Source: Aquifex aeolicus VF5
GTDB taxonomy: Bacteria; Aquificota; Aquificia; Aquificales; Aquificaceae
Direction of reading: 5' to 3'
NCBI RefSeq assembly: GCF_000008625.1
Contig: NC_000918.1
Span: 810,001 to 842,000 of the forward strand
DNA length: 32,000 nt
Of this stretch, positions 26,072 to 32,000 are shown one piece after another; the stretch's first letter is position 1, and every line of letters starts with the position of its first letter. Both the position numbers and the translations under genes were made by a program. Under the pieces are notes generated by a model. That model was given only the letters and a program-made list of their open reading frames with translations. It had not been told where the DNA came from and made no database searches.

Positions 26072-26575
26072 TTATTCCTTACACCTCCTGAAGTCTATAC
26101 TTTCGAACCCCAGTCTGTCCGCAAAAAAGAGCTGTGTTCCCTCGTAAACTTCCCTTATTTCCTCGTCGTTCTCTGGATGCTGTATCCTTACTATCAAGTG
26201 TTTTTTTTCTTTTCCTTTGACTTCGACGTTGCATACCGGGAGCTTATTGCGCTTTGCGTCCATCATGACGAATTTCGGGAATATGCTCCTTTTCACAAAG
26301 AAGTAGTGTTTGTAAAGTTTCTTAGAATACGCGTAAAGCTTTAGGTCTATTTCGCTTCTTTCCTTCGTGTACTTGTACTTCGAGTAAATCTGATATATGG
26401 GATAACCCAAAGCGTTCAATTTGTCTATAACTTTCGAGTTTATTTGCCCCTTCTTTAAGGTTTCTTCCACCTTAAGAAGCTCTCTGTAAATATTAACTAA
26501 CTTGGCTTTATCTTCTTCATAACCGTTCGGAAGGACAAAACCGAATAAGACAAGTAACTGAGTTATCAACTTCAT
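26072..26575 (-). CDS. Hypothetical exported protein, 167 aa, first gene of the flagellar-associated transcription unit
   Basis: N-terminal hydrophobic signal-like segment (MKLITQLLVLFGFVLP). No recognised family. It lies 14 nt upstream of the FliK-like gene on the same strand. Confidence 0.55.
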   Translation of the reverse strand: MKLITQLLVLFGFVLPNGYEEDKAKLVNIYRELLKVEETLKKGQINSKVIDKLNALGYPIYQIYSKYKYTKERSEIDLKLYAYSKKLYKHYFFVKRSIFPKFVMMDAKRNKLPVCNVEVKGKEKKHLIVRIQHPENDEEIREVYEGTQLFFADRLGFESIDFRRCKE

Positions 26576-26623
26576 ACTTTTTAAATATACAATTCACGTC
26601 AAGATAACGTAGTATAAAAAATT

Positions 26624-27091
26624 ATGACTTTCCTTTTCTTAATACTCGTATTTATCATAGAAATCCTTCAACTTTCCGTATTTCCCCCAATTTTTGGAAA
26701 CGCGTACATTGTACCTTCACTGGCTTTTCTCTTAGTTTTATTTTCTTCTTACAAAATAAAGGAAAAAGCCCTCTTGTTAGCTTTTCTGAGCGGTTTGTTC
26801 TACGACGCCGTGGTCAATTTCCTCGGTTTTATATCCCTACTTAATGTAGTATTTACTTACCTTTATCTGGTTTTGAATAACATACTCTTCGTAAAAAACC
26901 CAAAAGTTGAAGTATTTTTGATAATGCCTTTAATACTTTTACTCAGGAAGTTGACAATTTTTTTAGTTGTAAACACAAAGTTTCCCTTAAATATCGGCTT
27001 AAAAGATTTCGGTGTTGTTCTATTAATAGATCTCATATTTCTGATACTCCTCTACAAGGTGTTTAATAAATACGTATATGAAAAGGCGTAG
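26624..27091 (+). CDS. mreD: Rod shape-determining protein MreD (polytopic membrane protein)
   Basis: 155 aa, very hydrophobic with about 5 predicted TM segments. It sits immediately upstream of and overlaps the PBP2 gene (14 nt), the conserved mreD-mrdA arrangement. Confidence 0.6.
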   Translation: MTFLFLILVFIIEILQLSVFPPIFGNAYIVPSLAFLLVLFSSYKIKEKALLLAFLSGLFYDAVVNFLGFISLLNVVFTYLYLVLNNILFVKNPKVEVFLIMPLILLLRKLTIFLVVNTKFPLNIGLKDFGVVLLIDLIFLILLYKVFNKYVYEKA

Positions 27092-28865
27092 TTTTATCCT
27101 GATGCTTTTGTCCGCGATAGGGAGTTTTATCGGAGTTGTTGGGAATCTTTTCAGGATCCAAGTTCTTGAGGGAAAGAAGTACAGGGAGCTTTCCGAGAGG
27201 AATTACGAGAGGGAAAGGTACCTTTACCCGCCGAGGGGGGATATATACGACAGGAACGGGGTCAAACTCGCTTACGACGTTCCTAAATACGTCCTCGTTC
27301 TTGACGCTTACAGACTCGGAAAAGAAGAACTCAAAAAGACCTTGGAAAACTTAAAGGAATTATTCGGAATTGAGATTGATAAAAGGAAAGTTCTCAAGGG
27401 GGGATTTGAACCGCAAGTGGTAAAGGAGGAGTTAACTCCCAAGGAGCTGGAAATATATTACGAAAACAAGGAAATACTTCCGGGAGTCTTTATAGAAGTT
27501 ATACCCAAAAGGGTTTACCCGTACGGGGAGCTTGCGTCTCATATTTTGGGATACGTGGGGTATCCCAACGAAAGGGACTTTAAAAGGATAAAGAAAGAAA
27601 TAGGGAGTAAAAGTTTTGTCGGGAAGATGGGAATAGAACGGGTGTTTGACGAAAAGCTACTCGGGGAACTCGGAAAGGAAAGGGTTATGGTAAACGCAAT
27701 TGGGGGAATAGTAAAAGTTCTCGAAAGGAGAGAACCGAAGAAAGGAAACTCCGTAAAGCTCACGATCGATTACAGATTTCAAAAAATAGTGGAGGAGGTT
27801 TTTAAGGAAAGCGGACACCCAGCGGGAGCCGTAATCCTTTTGAAAGCTTCCACAGGAGAAGTTCTCGCCCTTGCGAGTTTTCCCAACTTCAACCCGAACA
27901 AGGTTTACGAAGAGTGGAAAAGTCTCGTAAAAAATCCCTTGAAACCTCTCTTTAACAGGGCTATTAGGGGACTGTATCCGCCCGCTTCTGTCTTTAAAGT
28001 CCCTATGGCTTTTGCTACACTGAGTGCAAAGATAAGGAGTCCTTGGGAAAAGGTTTTTTGTCCCGGATACTACGAACTAGGGGACAGGAAATTTTACTGC
28101 TGGAGGAGGTGGGGACACGGTAAGGTGGATCTTATTAAAAGTCTTTCGGAATCATGCGACGTTTACTACTACACCGCAGGTTACAAACTTGGCCCTACTA
28201 AGATACGCTACTACGCCAAAAGGTTTTCTTACGGTGAACGTATTCCCTTTGAACTTCCCGTAAGGAAAGGTTTCATACCGACACCGAGGTGGAAACTCAG
28301 GCGCTTTAAAGAACCGTGGTACGATGGGGATACCGTTAACATGAGTATAGGGCAGGGATTTGTGCTGAGTAACTTAATGGAACAGACCTTAATGATGATG
28401 GGTATAGCGAATAACGGAGTTATATACAAACCGACGCTTTTGAAGGAAATACTCGACGATAAAGGAAACGTGATATTCAGAAATAAAAGGGAAGTCTGGA
28501 AAGCGGTTTACGGCAGTCTTGAGCATTTTGCTTTGATAAAGAGAGGATTGAGAGACGCGGTGAGAAAGGGAACCGCAAAACTCGCATTCTCCAGAATAGT
28601 GGACATAGCGGGAAAAACGGGAACCGCGGAAGTTTTCTTCAAAAATAAGAGAAAGATTAAAAAGAAGTACAAGAAAATGAGAAAGAAACTTCCCTGGAAG
28701 TACAGAAACCACGCGTGGTTTGTGGGATTTGCACCCTACAGGGACCCTAAATTCGTCATCGGAGTTTTTGTTGAGCACGGAGAGAGCGGAGGAAAAACAG
28801 CAGCCCCCATAGCAAGAAAGATTCTGGAGAGGATATACATAGAAAAACTCCATAAAGAACTTTAA
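27078..28865 (+). CDS. mrdA: Penicillin-binding protein 2 (elongasome transpeptidase)
   Basis: 595 aa with an N-terminal TM anchor, PBP dimerisation domain, and transpeptidase motifs SVFK (SxxK), SCD (SxD, PBP2-type) and KTGTA. Confidence 0.9.
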   Translation: MKRRSFILMLLSAIGSFIGVVGNLFRIQVLEGKKYRELSERNYERERYLYPPRGDIYDRNGVKLAYDVPKYVLVLDAYRLGKEELKKTLENLKELFGIEIDKRKVLKGGFEPQVVKEELTPKELEIYYENKEILPGVFIEVIPKRVYPYGELASHILGYVGYPNERDFKRIKKEIGSKSFVGKMGIERVFDEKLLGELGKERVMVNAIGGIVKVLERREPKKGNSVKLTIDYRFQKIVEEVFKESGHPAGAVILLKASTGEVLALASFPNFNPNKVYEEWKSLVKNPLKPLFNRAIRGLYPPASVFKVPMAFATLSAKIRSPWEKVFCPGYYELGDRKFYCWRRWGHGKVDLIKSLSESCDVYYYTAGYKLGPTKIRYYAKRFSYGERIPFELPVRKGFIPTPRWKLRRFKEPWYDGDTVNMSIGQGFVLSNLMEQTLMMMGIANNGVIYKPTLLKEILDDKGNVIFRNKREVWKAVYGSLEHFALIKRGLRDAVRKGTAKLAFSRIVDIAGKTGTAEVFFKNKRKIKKKYKKMRKKLPWKYRNHAWFVGFAPYRDPKFVIGVFVEHGESGGKTAAPIARKILERIYIEKLHKEL

Positions 28866-29845
28866 AGTTTTTTGTAGTAAGCCCCTTCCTGTACAACTTT
28901 TCCTTGAATTATTAAAGAACTAAGAATTTTGAAAACTTCTTTCCTTTCCCTTTTCAGGAAGCTAATCACCTCGTCGAAAGTTCTCGGAACACTCAGGAAC
29001 TCTAAGAGTTTGTCTTTTTCACTACTAAAGTCCAGTCTTTTTGCCTTCCCTTCTTCAATTAGCTTTAAGCAACCCTTCCACCTCTCCGAATGCTCGTCTC
29101 CCACATAGGCGTAAATCTCTCTTCCGTACCTGTGGGCGTAATCCGCGGTAATTAGAGCTCCACTCTTTGAACCTGCTTCCATAACAAACAACTTTTTTGA
29201 AAGACCCGCTATAATCCTGTTTCTCTTCGGAAAGGTCCATTTACTCCCTTCGGTCCAAGGAAGGAACTCGCTGACGAGCGATGCTCCCATACCCTTTAGT
29301 TTTTTAATCCTTGATTCAATTTTTAAAATTCCTGTACCCAGAATTACGAAATTTTTAAAACCATGTTTTAAACTTTCAAAATGAGCTTTGAAGTCTATCC
29401 CGACCGCACCGCCCGAAATTATCGGTCCCTCAATACTTTCAAGGAGCTTTTCAACGGCGTTTAAAGACAACTTTGAAGGTCTCCTCGTCCCGACAATTCC
29501 GTATCCTCCCTCAGGAGGCTCACCCTGATAAAAGAGGTAGGGAGGCGGTTCGTCTATCCCTTTCAAGATTTCTGGATACTCTTTATCCTCATAAAGAATA
29601 AATTTTATATCATTTTTATCAATAATATTTATTAACTTTTCCTCAAAATTCCTTTCAGTTTCTAAACTGAGTACTACTCTCTCCGCCCTTTTCGTACCGA
29701 GAAGGCGTTCCAGTTCTTTTTCGTTTAAGTTCCTTATGCTTTTGAAGTGGTAAAGTATCTTTTTTACACTCTTTAAACCTACGCCGTTAGTGTCCGCTAA
29801 TCTAACGTAGAGTACTAAATCCTCCAGTTTTCTAAGATTCGTCAT
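28862..29845 (-). CDS. dprA: DNA processing protein DprA/Smf
   Basis: 327 aa with a Rossmann-like DprA core (GIVGTRRPS, SGGAVGIDFKAH, SEF, RNRIIAGLS, VMEAGSKSGALITADYA) and a C-terminal winged-helix-like tail. Confidence 0.85.
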   Translation of the reverse strand: MTNLRKLEDLVLYVRLADTNGVGLKSVKKILYHFKSIRNLNEKELERLLGTKRAERVVLSLETERNFEEKLINIIDKNDIKFILYEDKEYPEILKGIDEPPPYLFYQGEPPEGGYGIVGTRRPSKLSLNAVEKLLESIEGPIISGGAVGIDFKAHFESLKHGFKNFVILGTGILKIESRIKKLKGMGASLVSEFLPWTEGSKWTFPKRNRIIAGLSKKLFVMEAGSKSGALITADYAHRYGREIYAYVGDEHSERWKGCLKLIEEGKAKRLDFSSEKDKLLEFLSVPRTFDEVISFLKRERKEVFKILSSLIIQGKVVQEGAYYKKL

Positions 29846-29856
29846 AAAATAGACCC

Positions 29857-29885
29857 TTGTAAAATTATTAAGGAATTTTTATATT
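29857..29885 (+). promoter_or_regulatory. Candidate sigma-70-like promoter of the por operon
   Basis: TTGTAA (29857-29862), a 17-nt spacer, then TATATT (29880-29885). It lies in the 74-nt dprA/porE divergent gap, about 34 nt upstream of the porE ATG. Confidence 0.4.
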
Positions 29886-29919
29886 TTAATTCACAAACTC
29901 TTTTCTGGAGGAAGAGGTA

Positions 29920-30159
29920 ATGTACTACGTTGCTCAAGTCATTAAAGATGAATGTTCAAAATACAACTGTAAGCAGTGTACCCTCTTTTGTCCCGAGCCT
30001 AATACTTTGATGTACACAGATGAAGGTCACCACGCTTACGTTAATACCTTGAGGTGCAAAGGTTGTGCCCTTTGCGTTTACGTGTGTTCTGAGCTCTTGA
30101 AGCGTGATTCCATTGAGATGGTTTACGCGGAAAACAGAGACGTTGCAGGTGTAAGGTAA
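29920..30159 (+). CDS. porE: Small 2x[4Fe-4S] ferredoxin-like subunit of second five-subunit OFOR (por-type operon, likely pyruvate-specific)
   Basis: 79 aa paralog of forE with the same Cys spacing. It is the first gene of an E-D-(x)-A... operon, matching the porEDABG order described in Hydrogenobacter thermophilus. SD is GGAGGAAGAGGT. Confidence 0.7.
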   Translation: MYYVAQVIKDECSKYNCKQCTLFCPEPNTLMYTDEGHHAYVNTLRCKGCALCVYVCSELLKRDSIEMVYAENRDVAGVR

Positions 30160-30171
30160 GGAGGTATTAGA

Positions 30172-30741
30172 ATGGCAAAGTTAGGACCTGCAGGATATTC
30201 TCCCTATCCTGTGGCGGTTACGGAAGGTGTTTTAACCCCTCCTCCCGGAAAAGCTCTTATGTTCAACGAGATAGTGGACGAAGAAATCGCAATGAGGGAA
30301 GCCGCTAAGGCAATGCTCACAAGGGATAACCCCACCATATTCCCTGGACCTCAGGTACTATACGCCTGGAACGAGGAGGCGAAGGAAAAGGCTAAACTCG
30401 TAAGGAAGATGGCGGAAGTCCTCGGTGCAAAGATAATTCCCATGTACGACTACAGACCCAAGTATCCCAAAATTGACCCCGAAAAGGAAATAAATCCAAA
30501 CCATCCTAACCTCACCATATGGCACAACAAGATTAAGGCGTGCATATTCATAGGTGTTCACTGTCACTACGCAAACGTGGCTCTCAAGATAATAAGGGCA
30601 GAAACGGACTGCTTCACTATAGCCATGTGCAGTATGGCGGGACACGAGGACGCCATGATCACCTTGAGGGACCAGCACGTGGAGGACCTAGAGAAGTTTA
30701 TAAAGATTGCCGAAGAAGTTAAGAAGGAACTCGGCAAGTAA
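30172..30741 (+). CDS. porD: Five-subunit-type OFOR D subunit (por-type)
   Basis: 189 aa paralog of forD but lacking the ~50 aa C-terminal tail of forD. SD is TAAGGAGGT. Confidence 0.7.
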   Translation: MAKLGPAGYSPYPVAVTEGVLTPPPGKALMFNEIVDEEIAMREAAKAMLTRDNPTIFPGPQVLYAWNEEAKEKAKLVRKMAEVLGAKIIPMYDYRPKYPKIDPEKEINPNHPNLTIWHNKIKACIFIGVHCHYANVALKIIRAETDCFTIAMCSMAGHEDAMITLRDQHVEDLEKFIKIAEEVKKELGK

Positions 30742-31283
30742 TGACTACAACTTTAAAGAAGTGGACCTACAAGGATTACTTAAAGCTTCCCGATGACAAG
30801 AGATACGAGATAATAAACGGAGAACTTTTAGAAGTGCCGGCTCCTACAACAACTCATCAAAGAATAGTAGGAAAATTATTCAGGATTTTAAGTGATTTTG
30901 TAGAAAGTAAAGAACTCGGTGAAGTTTTCGTTTCCCCCGTTGACGTAATTCTTTCCGAGGATAACGTGTTTCAACCGGACATTGTTTTCGTTTCCAAAGA
31001 CAGGAAGGAAATAATAAAGGAAAGAGGGATTTTCGGAGCTCCCGACCTTGTGATAGAAGTGATTTCCCCCTCTACACTGAAGAGGGATACCGAAGACAAG
31101 AAAAAGGTTTACGAGAAGGCTTGCGTAAAGGAATTGTGGCTCGTATTTCCGGGAGAAAAGGCGGTAGAGGTCTTCTTCAAGAAGGACAAGAATTACAAAG
31201 TTTGTTCCTTTGGTTATGAGAATTTAAGCATCCGATCATGTTTTTTAAAGGGCTTTGAACTAAATTTAAAGGAAATCTTTTAA
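30741..31283 (+). CDS. Uma2/DUF820 family PD-(D/E)xK nuclease-like protein inserted in the por operon
   Basis: 180 aa. Family-typical segments are WTYKDYLKLPDDKRYEIINGEL (N-terminal), H..I...L, FQPDIVFV, APDLVIEVISPST and KKKVYEKACVKELWLV. The ATG overlaps the porD stop (TAATG), and its stop TAA is the first 3 nt of the porA SD. Confidence 0.75.
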   Translation: MTTTLKKWTYKDYLKLPDDKRYEIINGELLEVPAPTTTHQRIVGKLFRILSDFVESKELGEVFVSPVDVILSEDNVFQPDIVFVSKDRKEIIKERGIFGAPDLVIEVISPSTLKRDTEDKKKVYEKACVKELWLVFPGEKAVEVFFKKDKNYKVCSFGYENLSIRSCFLKGFELNLKEIF

Positions 31284-31294
31284 GGAGGTGTGTT

Positions 31295-32000
31295 ATGGCA
31301 CAACAAGTAAAGACTGAAAAAGTCAGATACAATAGAATGGGCCAAAGAATTGTCTCACCCGATTACCTTCTCTTTGAAGCCCCCAGAACCAAACACTTCA
31401 TAACCGGTTCAGAAGCGGTTAAGGAAGCGGCAAAGAGGGCAAGCGTAGACGCTTCTATATCTTACCCCATCACTCCCCAGTCCGAAGCTGCACACATGCT
31501 CGGTGAGCTCTGGAGGGAAGGTTACATAGGCGTTTACTTCAGAGGGGAGTCCGAGTTCGGTGTTATGTCCGAAGTGGCCGGATGTGCAATGGCGGGAGCC
31601 AGAACCATAACCACCACTTCCGGACCCGGAACTATGAGGGCTATGGAAGTATTTCCCATGTGGGCAGGATCAAGACTTCCCATACAACTCGTTCTCATGG
31701 CAAGAGGTATAAACTCTCCACTCTCCATACAGCCCGATAACTTGGAAATATCCTTCCTTCTGGACACGGGATGTATGGTATGGCACGCGGAAACCGCTCA
31801 GGAACTATTTGACATGATTATCGCAGGATTTGTGGTAGCCGAACAACCTGACGTCCACGTTCCCATAATAACCGCGATAGACGGATTCTTTATATCTCAC
31901 ACAAGGGAAGCTGTCTACCTACCACCAGAAGATATAGCATTACCTCCGTACAACCCCTATAAGGCACCCATGCCCCCGATAGACATGGAAATGCCTCCCG
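31295..32000 (+). CDS. porA: 2-oxoacid:ferredoxin oxidoreductase alpha subunit of por-type operon (N-terminal ~235 aa, truncated by window end)
   Basis: Not in the ORF track because the frame is open to the window end. My translation from the ATG at 31295 reads MAQQVKTEKVRYNRMGQRIVSPDYLLFEAPRTKHFITGSEAVKEAAKRASVDASISYPITPQSE...TSGPG...SIQPDN, colinear with forA. SD is TAAGGAGGTG. Confidence 0.8.
   Translation, partial: MAQQVKTEKVRYNRMGQRIVSPDYLLFEAPRTKHFITGSEAVKEAAKRASVDASISYPITPQSEAAHMLGELWREGYIGVYFRGESEFGVMSEVAGCAMAGARTITTTSGPGTMRAMEVFPMWAGSRLPIQLVLMARGINSPLSIQPDNLEISFLLDTGCMVWHAETAQELFDMIIAGFVVAEQPDVHVPIITAIDGFFISHTREAVYLPPEDIALPPYNPYKAPMPPIDMEMPP

Noticed and set aside
26576-26623. A sigma-54 or sigma-28 flagellar promoter upstream of the 167 aa / FliK-like / TPR / flgB unit.
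   Set aside because: There is no TGGCAC-N5-TTGC or TAAA-N15-GCCGATAA-like element in the 48-nt gap. TTGACG is present on the minus strand but only 7 nt from the TATATT box.
28858-28869. The palindrome AACTTTAAAGTT followed by TTTT as an intrinsic terminator.
   Set aside because: It is almost entirely A/T with no loop and would not form a stable hairpin, least of all at high temperature. It is more simply explained by two overlapping TAA stops.
30738-31283. TAA at both borders of the Uma2 insertion (30739-30741 and 31281-31283) as a target-site duplication.
   Set aside because: Both are simply stop codons, and 3 nt of identity is expected by chance. No inverted repeats or transposase are present, so there is no evidence of a mobile-element mechanism.

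Overview
The window is a gene-dense (about 95% coding) bacterial chromosome segment. It looks like a hyperthermophilic, hydrogen-oxidising, rTCA-type autotroph of the Aquificaceae, most like Aquifex aeolicus, although I cannot run a search to confirm this.

Left to right:
- metK (3' part).
- A minus-strand hypC-hypD-hypX-hisZ unit ([NiFe]-hydrogenase maturation plus a HisRS-like paralog).
- Reverse gyrase.
- A five-gene 2-oxoacid:ferredoxin oxidoreductase operon in the order D-A-B-G-E (for-type).
- The C-terminal half of a split carbamoyl-phosphate synthetase large subunit.
- sixA, rlpA, purF, murG, purE and ahcY.
- A minus-strand flagellar unit: secreted 167 aa protein, FliK-like protein, 595 aa TPR protein, flgB, flgC, fliE, fliF.
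- mreD-mrdA and dprA.
- The start of a second, paralogous oxidoreductase operon in the order E-D-[Uma2]-A (por-type), cut by the window end.

I found no rRNA, tRNA, CRISPR array, transposase or obvious defence island; intergenic gaps are at most about 130 nt. There is no clear-cut new multi-gene system.

The items most worth follow-up are:
1. A Uma2/DUF820 nuclease-like gene translationally wedged between porD and porA.
2. Uncharacterised exported proteins, including a large TPR protein, co-transcribed and stop/start-abutted with flgB.
3. A 27-codon hydrophobic ORF below the ORF-track cutoff, with a near-perfect Shine-Dalgarno (SD) sequence.
4. A two-class start-site architecture: long AAGGAGGTG-type SDs versus SD-less starts with a TATAAT-like box 5-8 nt upstream, which may be leaderless mRNAs.
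5. Two direct-orientation paralogous OFOR operons with permuted gene order.

All functional calls come from reading motifs in the supplied translations; no database search was possible.
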